The notes beneath the pieces were generated by a model. It was not told where the DNA came from. It ran no database searches and saw only the letters and a program-made list of their open reading frames with translations. The translations under genes were made by a program, and so were the position numbers. From assembly GCA_013331695.1 (NCBI GenBank), contig DUFX01000036.1, positions 1 through 45,577 on the forward strand: 45,577 bases of DNA, given 5' to 3'. This document shows, piece after piece, positions 17,952-25,636 of the stretch. Numbering within the stretch: position 1 is the stretch's first letter; every line of letters starts with the position of its first letter. Source of the stretch: Candidatus Woesearchaeota archaeon. Lineage in GTDB: Archaea > Nanobdellota > Nanobdellia > Woesearchaeales > UBA12501.

Positions 17952-19133
17952 ATGGTTGATTTGGAATCTCATGTAGAACGTTTTTGGATTACACCGAATC
18001 AACTCTATGACGATGGCTATGCCCTAGGCAGACGTCTTTGGGATGAAGGTGTACACCCCACTCATCTCCTTGCTTTGCTAAAACATGCTCCTGTTGCTTT
18101 GCCGGTGCATGGTTCTCTCAAGTTGCATAATGGTGCTGGAGAAAACGATGATGCCACAAAAATAAAACATGGTGTGATTGATCCTGCTGATCCTCATCGT
18201 TATCTTGACGGTGTAGGTGAAGGAGATCATGTTCTTGTTATTGGTGACGTTGCTGATAAAGGTTCTGAAATGCGTACAGTCAGTGATGCTGTTCGAACAA
18301 CGGGTGCAGAAGTCGTTTCAGCTGTACTCTATGCCCGTCCTGAAACTGGGGGGATTGATTTTGTTGGTCAGCGTCTTGCTGGTGAAGTTGTTTTTCCCCA
18401 CCAAATGCACATCAGAGACGGAGAAGAAGAGCGTCGCCTTACGCAGCAAGAAGCAGAACAACATCGTCCTGCACTTTTTGAAGATCGGAAAACTCTTTTT
18501 ACCGAACGTGTGTTTGCTCATGATCCAGACACCCATACCAATTTTGAGTTTCGTGACGCAGACAAGGTCTATGCAATGGCGTATCATCTTGCAAGAAAAA
18601 TTAAACGTGAGATTGACCGCTATAGAATTCCTCACGAAGTCGTGAGCGTCTGGCGCGGAGGAGCTCCTGTTGGTGCCGTGGTTGCCGAAACCTTAAAATA
18701 TTTTGGATACGATCTTCCTCATCATCATGTTCTGAAGGCTGAATCGTATACCGATCGGGCGAGCGGAAGTCTTGAAATTAAAGGATTTTCCGCTCTTGCA
18801 TCAAAACTACGAAAAGGCCAGACGATTTTGTTGATCGATGAGCTCATGGATTCGGGGCAGACCTTAGGCATACTCAAACAAGAATTTCAAAAAGTTGTTG
18901 GAAAAGAAGGACGTGTCTATCTTGCAGTTATAGATTGGAAATCAGCTAAGAATGAAACAGGAAAAACTTTTGGTGATTATGGTTTTGTTCCTTATACTGA
19001 ACCAGAATTTTATCTTAACATGACAACGCGATGGATTGTCGCACCGCATGAGTTAGAACCAGAGGTTGTTCCACGCCCTTTGCTGGAGAAACATCATTTT
19101 CTTGCGAAGTATCTTCCTGAATCACGTGTCTAG
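17952..19133 (+). CDS. protein with two tandem type-I phosphoribosyltransferase domains (Gpt/Hpt-like)
   Basis: Two PRPP-binding loops: HVLVIGDVADKGSEMRTV and TILLIDELMDSGQTLGIL. Each is followed by a Gpt-like (V/I)V(F/A)PH(Q/E) motif (VVFPHQ and WIVAPHE). Confidence 0.7.
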   Translation: MVDLESHVERFWITPNQLYDDGYALGRRLWDEGVHPTHLLALLKHAPVALPVHGSLKLHNGAGENDDATKIKHGVIDPADPHRYLDGVGEGDHVLVIGDVADKGSEMRTVSDAVRTTGAEVVSAVLYARPETGGIDFVGQRLAGEVVFPHQMHIRDGEEERRLTQQEAEQHRPALFEDRKTLFTERVFAHDPDTHTNFEFRDADKVYAMAYHLARKIKREIDRYRIPHEVVSVWRGGAPVGAVVAETLKYFGYDLPHHHVLKAESYTDRASGSLEIKGFSALASKLRKGQTILLIDELMDSGQTLGILKQEFQKVVGKEGRVYLAVIDWKSAKNETGKTFGDYGFVPYTEPEFYLNMTTRWIVAPHELEPEVVPRPLLEKHHFLAKYLPESRV

Positions 19134-19152
19134 GTCTATCTGGATCTAAAGT

Positions 19153-19671
19153 CTATATCGGTCTAGGATCGAAACACATCTCCAGCCTTCTTTTTGCATT
19201 GATTTTCTTTAGATATTCAGCAACAGCAGGAGAAACCATAAACTCCCAGGGTTTTCCTTCAACGATTCTCATGCGAATCTCTGTTCCGACATAATCACCG
19301 ATGCGCTGGCAGGTTTTGGTTTGGCAGCCTTTTGCAGTAAACAAATCGTTCAGCATCTTATTTTCTGCAGTAAAGACTATCTGGAAATCTCCGACCTGCT
19401 CTTTGATGTGGTCAGCATACTTTTCATGCCAGAGAATATCGGGTACTGGAAACACCTGCACCTTGTCAGCAAGTTTTGCTTCTTCTAATGCCGTGTAAAT
19501 CATGGCTTTCCGTTCTTCTGCATCAAAGGGATTTTCTTTGGTTCCTTTGTGCTGTGCGCTTCCTACAACAATTTTGAGCTGGTCCACTTCTTTGAGAATG
19601 TCTTTAATAACAGCAAGATGTCCATTATGAAAGGGTTGAAATCTTCCAATATATAATCCGATTGTTCTCAT
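19153..19671 (-). CDS. nadM: archaeal-type nicotinamide-nucleotide adenylyltransferase
   Basis: MRTIGLYIGRFQPFHNGHLAVIKDI...VVGSAQ...NPFDAEER...GTEIRMRI. The start is placed at the ATG that aligns with the archaeal NMNAT N-terminus. The track ORF extends 48 codons upstream from a TTG. Confidence 0.85.
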   Translation of the reverse strand: MRTIGLYIGRFQPFHNGHLAVIKDILKEVDQLKIVVGSAQHKGTKENPFDAEERKAMIYTALEEAKLADKVQVFPVPDILWHEKYADHIKEQVGDFQIVFTAENKMLNDLFTAKGCQTKTCQRIGDYVGTEIRMRIVEGKPWEFMVSPAVAEYLKKINAKRRLEMCFDPRPI

Positions 19672-19871
19672 AGGAAGCACCATACGATGTTCGTGGCAGT
19701 AGTACTGTTCGGGATCTCGTTCCCAGCCTGTTTTTGAGAGCTCTTTCTCACAGAGCGCACAGCGTAGCACACAGCGCAAAACCACGATCAGCACCTCTAC
19801 AAGAGCAAGAACCAAGGTGTATTTTTAAGCTTTTGGGAAGGTATTTAATGTTTTGATCTTTTTGTTGGTAT

Positions 19872-20606
19872 ATGGGAGATGCATCTGTTGAGCATATCAC
19901 CGGTCAATTTTTGTATGATCTTCTCAATGCGCCGCGCATACGAAGAAAATTTGCTCGTGCGATTCGCTTTACCTCCCAAACAAACTGGGAGGCAGGATTT
20001 GAAGTTTATCGCGAATTTGGTAAAGGCACGATCGTCTACCGGCTGGTAAAGGGAGATAATCGGCGTCTTTTAACAGCCCCTGAAGTTCCTTACAGGCATG
20101 GAGTCTATGATCTTTTTAATGTTCACACTCACCCCCTGGGTGACGAACCAAGACCCAGTGCAGAAGATCTTGCTTATCTCAAATTCTGTTATGATGGTAC
20201 AAAGAAATACGCAGATGTTTCTGTGAATCCTGTTGGGGGCATTCTTTATCCTTTCAAAGATCCACGACTTTTTTCTTTAGTCTTATACCAGTTCAAGGAT
20301 CCTGAAGAACCTCCTGAAAAACTTGATGAACTCCGCGCACTTGAGAAACGCATTGCAGAACTGCAAGATTCTCGTCAAGATGATTCTTTACTTCATATTT
20401 TTGAGCGTGCAGATGATAATATGGCTGATCACTTCTTTCATCGATATCTTCGTCTAGGCGCTTTATTTTATCGCTTTCGTGGCAAGACTCCTGTTCTTGA
20501 TCCGATAGCAACAGATTTTCTTTCAGAACAAGAGAACACTACTACTCCAAGCGTTCTGCTTGACGCATTTTCTTTTTCTGCACACTTGTTGGACAAAGAG
20601 ATCTAA
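19872..20606 (+). CDS. hypothetical protein with a JAMM/MPN-like metalloprotease motif
   Basis: EAGFEVY...NVHTHPLGDEPRPSAEDL approximates E...HxHx(7-8)SxxD. The C-terminal half is acidic/helical and has no recognisable domain. Confidence 0.45.
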   Translation: MGDASVEHITGQFLYDLLNAPRIRRKFARAIRFTSQTNWEAGFEVYREFGKGTIVYRLVKGDNRRLLTAPEVPYRHGVYDLFNVHTHPLGDEPRPSAEDLAYLKFCYDGTKKYADVSVNPVGGILYPFKDPRLFSLVLYQFKDPEEPPEKLDELRALEKRIAELQDSRQDDSLLHIFERADDNMADHFFHRYLRLGALFYRFRGKTPVLDPIATDFLSEQENTTTPSVLLDAFSFSAHLLDKEI

Positions 20607-22639
20607 GTTAACACATCCATCACTGCATTTCCGAGGGTGCCAAAGAACACCTGCACCTTCTGCCAGAAATTCAGATTTTCCAACACAATCACTTTCTCTG
20701 CAGTAACAACAAAGCTATCTTTCTTTTCTCCTTCATATATCACTTTCACTTGCACCGTATTTTCTCCTGATGCGAGATCATTTCCTACATATTCGATTTG
20801 GAATGGCTGGTCAGCAATCAGCTCATCAATCGTAAACTCTTTTTCCACATGATTTGCTTCTATTTTCACCACAAGTTTTTTGGGATTTGCTGTGGAAGCT
20901 TTTTTCAAACCAAACGTGATGACATAATTTTCATCATAGTTGACGTGTTCAGGGAGCATCAGATTTTCAATCAGCACAACCGGCTTATCCAGCACCGAAA
21001 GTTCGAGTGTTGCTTCTTCTTCTATCTTGGGATTTTCACTGGTTGCCGTAATCACCAGTTCTTGTTTGCCCGGTGTCTGCGTTTTTCCTTGATACACCAA
21101 CTGAACACTTTTGGATTGTGTAATTCCTATTTCTTCCCTTTTACACTGCTGCTGTTCAAGGCACACATTAAGGCTTTGCAAAAGCGTATTCCCTTGATTC
21201 GTTACGATGCAGATAATCATCGTTTCTTCTCCGACGTACAGCGAAGCATCTCTGCTTTTGCATTGCATGGAAAGTTCTGATGTTTTTTCTTGAGCAGGGC
21301 CTTGTTTCAGGGTTTCAAGCTTTTTTTTGACTTTTTCTTCACTAAGCACAAGACCTCCTTCGATTGCCTTGAACATTTTTTTATCGCTGATATTTCCTGT
21401 TGTGTAGACAGAGATCGGGAAGGTATAAATAAAATTCTTCTCAAGATCGTCCTGCAATTTAACAATCCAAAAGAGATTTTTCTCTTCCCCCGGTTTTAAC
21501 AAGACATGCTGTTTTGCGTCTCCCACAATTTCCAGTTTTGTTGTTTTTGCAAGATGCAAGTCAAAGGATTGGTAATAATCGCGCAAGTTCCGTGCTGTTG
21601 CTTTGATCAAGTTGTACGAACCAAAACCCACAGCGCCTTTTTCAAGTTCAACATCAATATCCAACTGCTCTTCAACCTCTGGGCCGTATTCTACAATATT
21701 GACTTGTGCTGTGAATTCTCCAATGTCCAAATCAATATCTTTTCCACGCCAATTAAAACGAGACGTAATTTTTTCTGCATCCAACGATTCTTTTGAGAAA
21801 ATGTGGCTCGGGTCAACATATCCATATTCTCCATAGGTTACATCATAGGGAATCCAGCCGTATTCTGGAAAGTATACTTCAGCCCATCCATGCGGTCCCC
21901 ATTTATTTTGAAACAGGTCTGAATTGGTGTAGGAAATTCCTGCAACGAAACGTACAGGGATCTTGAGCGATCGTAATATTGCCGAAAAGAGAGACGTCAA
22001 TTCGTCGCATACACCCTCTTTATGTTCCAGAACCCAGGTTGCGGGTTGCGTAGCATCAGCCGTTGCAGTGCTGAGATTATATTGAATATTTTGAGTGACC
22101 CATGCTGCAGCTTTATCAACCACCACAACCATGTCATCTTCTCCTTCTGCAAGTTGCGATGCAAGTCGTATGATCGCAGGGTTGCTGTTGATAATCTTTG
22201 ATAGCTGGGTGTATTGTTGTACCTTTTCTGGGAGGCTCTGAGTCGGAAAAGGAAACGGTACTTTTTTGGTGATGCGCGTCGGGTTGTTATTGACTCTGAG
22301 TTTTGTTTTCATTTCTAACTCGAGCGGTATTCCTGCTTCAGGACGGGGCCAGACAAAATTGAGAACATCGCCATCGCGTGTCAACGGTTCTGCTTCAGGA
22401 GTATATCTTCGTTCGAGAATTTTTTGGAGTTTTGTTTCCCGCGGAAAGAAATTGATCTCTGCTCCTACTGCTTCCAGCCGTGCTCCCCCATTTTGAGGTT
22501 GGATTTTAATTTTTGTTGTGAGGGTGCTGTCAAGAACCAGATACTGGCTGTGATAGATTTTTCGCGAGATGTCTTCTTCTGCGGAGATAAGGGGTATACT
22601 CAGAAGGATTAAGAGGAGAACTGAAATACTTTTGGTCAT
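20603..22639 (-). CDS. secreted transglutaminase-like (papain-fold Cys-His-Asp) protein with C-terminal beta-sandwich repeats
   Basis: Signal peptide MTKSISVLLLILLSIPLISA, using the ATG at 22639 (the track starts at an upstream GTG). Core: EGVCDELTSLF...GPHGWAEVYFPEYGWIPYDVT. The TATA-like ATATATAAAA lies 25 nt upstream. Confidence 0.85.
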   Translation of the reverse strand: MTKSISVLLLILLSIPLISAEEDISRKIYHSQYLVLDSTLTTKIKIQPQNGGARLEAVGAEINFFPRETKLQKILERRYTPEAEPLTRDGDVLNFVWPRPEAGIPLELEMKTKLRVNNNPTRITKKVPFPFPTQSLPEKVQQYTQLSKIINSNPAIIRLASQLAEGEDDMVVVVDKAAAWVTQNIQYNLSTATADATQPATWVLEHKEGVCDELTSLFSAILRSLKIPVRFVAGISYTNSDLFQNKWGPHGWAEVYFPEYGWIPYDVTYGEYGYVDPSHIFSKESLDAEKITSRFNWRGKDIDLDIGEFTAQVNIVEYGPEVEEQLDIDVELEKGAVGFGSYNLIKATARNLRDYYQSFDLHLAKTTKLEIVGDAKQHVLLKPGEEKNLFWIVKLQDDLEKNFIYTFPISVYTTGNISDKKMFKAIEGGLVLSEEKVKKKLETLKQGPAQEKTSELSMQCKSRDASLYVGEETMIICIVTNQGNTLLQSLNVCLEQQQCKREEIGITQSKSVQLVYQGKTQTPGKQELVITATSENPKIEEEATLELSVLDKPVVLIENLMLPEHVNYDENYVITFGLKKASTANPKKLVVKIEANHVEKEFTIDELIADQPFQIEYVGNDLASGENTVQVKVIYEGEKKDSFVVTAEKVIVLENLNFWQKVQVFFGTLGNAVMDVLT

Positions 22640-22692
22640 AGTGTCAACGATCGTGAACACTCTTTTTATATATTGCTGTTTTTCTTTCTGTT

Positions 22693-22974
22693 CTATCGCA
22701 TTTCCTGTACTTTTATGATGTGCCAGCCGAACTGCGTTTTGACAGGCTTGGAAATTTCTCCGGGTTTCAATGAAAATGCCGCTTGTTCAAATTCCTTTGC
22801 CATCTGCCCCCTTCCAAACCAGCCAAGATCTCCACCTTTCTTTTTTGAAGGGCATAATGATTTTTCTTGTGCAATCTGCTCAAACGATTTTCCGTGGGTT
22901 ACATCAAAGCTTGCCACATGCGCTTCTTGTTCTGTCTTGACCAAAATGTGTGATGCATGGACTTGTTTTACCAT
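22693..22974 (-). CDS. parvulin-type peptidyl-prolyl cis-trans isomerase (PpiC)
   Basis: MVKQVHASHILV...GGDLGWFGRGQMAKEFEQAAF...FGWHIIKV. The start is the internal ATG (M26 of the track ORF). Confidence 0.85.
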   Translation of the reverse strand: MVKQVHASHILVKTEQEAHVASFDVTHGKSFEQIAQEKSLCPSKKKGGDLGWFGRGQMAKEFEQAAFSLKPGEISKPVKTQFGWHIIKVQEMR

Positions 22975-23003
22975 CTTTTCATCTCCTGAATTATATAAAA
23001 ATA

Positions 23004-23216
23004 ACGCCGCAGCCCGGATTACCACATAAGAACCTAAGGTTCTTATCATCTCCTACCAGGGGATTTTCTCGCTAACGCTCGAAAATCAGACTACGAAAAA
23101 CTACGCCGCAGCCCGGATTTGAACCCAGGACTTACTCACTTCGCTGCGCTCGTTCGTAGTCTGGCTTCAAATCCTTCGCAGCACGGATTCGAAAAGTCGC
23201 TTGCGTCTTCTCATTA
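23004..23216 (-). other. tRNA-like region: two copies of a T-arm/acceptor 3' end without a detectable matching 5' half
   Basis: ACGCCGCAGCCCGGATT is repeated exactly at 23004-23020 and 23103-23119. On the minus strand the upstream copy reads CTGGG-TTCAAAT-CCGGG-CTGCGGC-G. An 11-bp perfect inverted repeat (23087-23097 / 23153-23163) brackets that copy. A 9-bp hairpin lies at 23026-23046. I could not fold a cloverleaf by eye. Confidence 0.4.
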
Positions 23217-23341
23217 CGCCGCCACTGGGATTTGAACCCAGATATCCTTGCGGAAACAGGATCTTTACGGACCGGCACAGTCATGGGCGGCTGTTGCCTG
23301 CGTTAGCAATCCTGCGCAATACCGGATTATGCGATGGCGGC
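23217..23341 (-). tRNA. tRNA-Ser(GCU) with a ~41-nt intron at the canonical 37/38 position
   Basis: Hand fold: acceptor GCCGCCA/TGGCGGC. D arm GCAT-AATCCGGTA-TTGC. Anticodon stem CAGGA/TCCTG interrupted after TTGCTA (anticodon at 23305-23307, intron ~23263-23303). Long variable arm TTTCCGCAAGGATAT. T arm CTGGG-TTCAAAT-CCCAG. Discriminator G. A TATA box (TTTATAAA, 23378-23385) lies 37-44 nt upstream of the tRNA 5' end. Confidence 0.8.
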
Positions 23342-23632
23342 AAGCTTTAATCTACTTTTGAGGCACGATTAATTCTTTATAAATCTTTTCTCACTTTTTC
23401 ACAAAAACTTTATAAATCAAAAAGGGCAGTTTAGCGCCTAGCTCCTAATTATGGAGAAGATTCTTCCAGCTGTACACTGGAAGAGTCCTTAAACGGTACC
23501 AGAAAGGGGTGTTGGATTGCTCGTGCATACCGGTATGCAAATTGGCAGAGACAGTTCTTTTGCTAAACACTATGCCCGAGTTTCTACACTCCTTTACACT
23601 TACAAGACCCTTGTTTGAATAAAGAGTGTATC

Positions 23633-25636
23633 ATGGAAAAAAGAAGCGTGATAGGACCCAAAGAACTTATGGGTAGCTTGAAGCATCGTGTGCAAAAGAT
23701 GCTTCCCTTTTACAGTTCTCAACCATCAAGCAGGCATCATTCTACTCGTGAAAACCGGTGCCAAGGGATGCGCAATGTTGCGGTTGTCAAAGTGAGCAAT
23801 CCCCAACATAAAACCGAGACGATGCTGATTGTTTCGTTTGCGGTGCTCATTTTTGTCGTGTTCTTTTCTAGTTTTAGCAATACTCCTCCTTTTACAGGAA
23901 ATGTTGTACAGGATGCGGTGCAAATTAACCAATGCGGATTCAATCGCTGGGAAAACGGCAAAACCCATGTTTTAACACAAGACCTTGTTTTAAGTGCAGG
24001 AATTGATTGTTTAAACATTCAAGAAAAACAGGATATTGTTCTTGATTGTCAAGGCTATAGTATTACTACTGATCCTGCAGCAACGTTTCGTCAGCCTCCA
24101 AAAGGAATTTATTTGAGCGGTAATCGTCTAACGGTTCGTAATTGTCGTATTGCAAATTTTCCTTGGACAGGCATCAGTATCGTGGGGAATCACACCCTTC
24201 TTGAACATAATACCATCGAAAATAACCGTGAAGGTGTTGAAGTTGCAGCGATTCCTGCTCCACGCTTTGGTTTTAGTATTACTTCAACTACACTCCAAAA
24301 TAATCTGATCCAAAACAATGTTCGTTTTGGCGTTGTCATGAGGGGGTACGACAGTATCGTGCGTGGAAATGTCATCCAAGGGAATGGAAGAACAGGATTA
24401 GCACTTGTCGATACTGCAGTGGTCGAGAATACGGTGCTCTGCAATAACAACCGAGAAAATTTACCCGATAAAAAAGATCTTAAGTGTGGTGGCGGAAGCA
24501 ACAATCCCTCGCAAGGACAAGGAAACTTTATAGGAACGTTGGAGCGTTGTTTCGTACTTAACGCTCTTGCTTGGCCGACTGAATCAGATTATCAAGCGTG
24601 CGATCAAGCTCCTCCTCTTTCTCCTGATGTGGGTGTTCCTGTACAGGCTCCTTCGCGGGCTCCCCGCGACGCAGCATGTCCTTCACACCAGAATACCGAA
24701 TGTCAAGAAGGTTCAGTTTGCAGAAAACTCTTTGTGAGAGGAGATCCTACCCACTGGTCAGGAAGTAAATATTTCTGTAAAGGTCCTATGGCAGATGGCG
24801 GAATTTGCGAGCGAAATGACCAATGTGGTGCAGGCAAGAGTTGTGTGAATCAGAGATGTACTGCACCGCAACAACAAGGTCAAGAGCAAGCTCAACAGCA
24901 AGAACAACAACCACCGCCTCAGGCTGGCCGTGCGTGTGTGAATAATGCTGACTGTGGCGACGGTTTGCGTTGTCTTTCCCTGATTTGTCAAACAAGAGTG
25001 TGCAGTGAGACAGATGGAGGGAATGATCCTGCTGTTCCGGGAGTTATTACACTGGATAATTCGATTACTCCTAATATTGTTTCTCAAGATACCTGTCAAA
25101 ATGACGCATCGGTTCTCGAGTATTTCTGTTTGCCTAGTCATGAAAGTTCTCGGCAGGTTATGATGTGTCCTGGAGGAAGCACCTGTCAGACCAATGCTGA
25201 AGGTGTGGGTGCCTGTGTTGCTCCTGAAGCTCCACCACATCCACCAGCCGAACTTTCTGAAAATGATGCGTGCGGAGAAAATATTCCAACTCCCTGCAGA
25301 CAAGGTTTGCTTTGTAGAAAGAGCAATCCTGCCAGTCAAACTTTACAATGTCTTCTCCCTTCGGTGCAAGGCGGATTTTGTGAAAGTACTGATCATTGCA
25401 GTGCAGGTTTAACATGTCAAACAGGGCATTGTCTTCCCCCTCGACAGTGTAGAACTCCGGCAGACGAACAAGCACACGGCGGAGACTGCAACCATTGTGT
25501 AAGCATGCCTGAACTCATGCGATATATCGCTGAGTGGAACAATCAAGATCCTGAACAACGGCAACTTTCAGCGATTATGCTGGTTACTCAAGGATATTAT
25601 GATTCATTAGCTGATCCAGCATGTCAACAAGCATGA
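23633..25636 (+). CDS. membrane-anchored surface protein: right-handed beta-helix (PbH1/NosD-like) domain plus Cys-rich modules
   Basis: Signal-anchor MLIVSFAVLIFVVFFSSF. Beta-helix repeats: NCRIANFPWTGISIVGNHTLLEHNTIENNREGVEV, LQNNLIQNNVRFGVVM and VRGNVIQGNGRTGLAL. The C-terminal half contains many Cys residues, Q/P linkers, and a CSETDGGNDPAVPGVITLDN module shared with the next gene. The start is uncertain (TTG 23615, ATG 23633, or later Met codons). Confidence 0.8.
   Translation: MEKRSVIGPKELMGSLKHRVQKMLPFYSSQPSSRHHSTRENRCQGMRNVAVVKVSNPQHKTETMLIVSFAVLIFVVFFSSFSNTPPFTGNVVQDAVQINQCGFNRWENGKTHVLTQDLVLSAGIDCLNIQEKQDIVLDCQGYSITTDPAATFRQPPKGIYLSGNRLTVRNCRIANFPWTGISIVGNHTLLEHNTIENNREGVEVAAIPAPRFGFSITSTTLQNNLIQNNVRFGVVMRGYDSIVRGNVIQGNGRTGLALVDTAVVENTVLCNNNRENLPDKKDLKCGGGSNNPSQGQGNFIGTLERCFVLNALAWPTESDYQACDQAPPLSPDVGVPVQAPSRAPRDAACPSHQNTECQEGSVCRKLFVRGDPTHWSGSKYFCKGPMADGGICERNDQCGAGKSCVNQRCTAPQQQGQEQAQQQEQQPPPQAGRACVNNADCGDGLRCLSLICQTRVCSETDGGNDPAVPGVITLDNSITPNIVSQDTCQNDASVLEYFCLPSHESSRQVMMCPGGSTCQTNAEGVGACVAPEAPPHPPAELSENDACGENIPTPCRQGLLCRKSNPASQTLQCLLPSVQGGFCESTDHCSAGLTCQTGHCLPPRQCRTPADEQAHGGDCNHCVSMPELMRYIAEWNNQDPEQRQLSAIMLVTQGYYDSLADPACQQA

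Noticed and set aside
19672-19815. 48-codon N-terminal extension of NMNAT, from a TTG start, containing CALCEKEL...YYCHEH (zinc-ribbon-like).
   Set aside because: Alignment with the archaeal NMNAT N-terminus fits the ATG at 19671. The extension begins with an unlikely hydrophobic stretch and a TTG codon. I keep it as a low-probability alternative that N-terminal proteomics could test.
22975-23049. Upstream 25 codons of the parvulin track ORF, which overlap the tRNA-like repeat.
   Set aside because: The parvulin fold starts at MVKQVHASHILV. The extension covers the TATA box and the copy of the tRNA 3' end.
24190-25475. Minus-strand ORFs (104, 193, 69 and 105 aa) inside the first surface-protein gene. 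Similar ORFs occur on both strands across 25.7-29.5 kb.
   Set aside because: They are antisense or off-frame relative to long ORFs with strong repeated-domain structure. The repeat-rich, stop-poor sequence generates many spurious ORFs.
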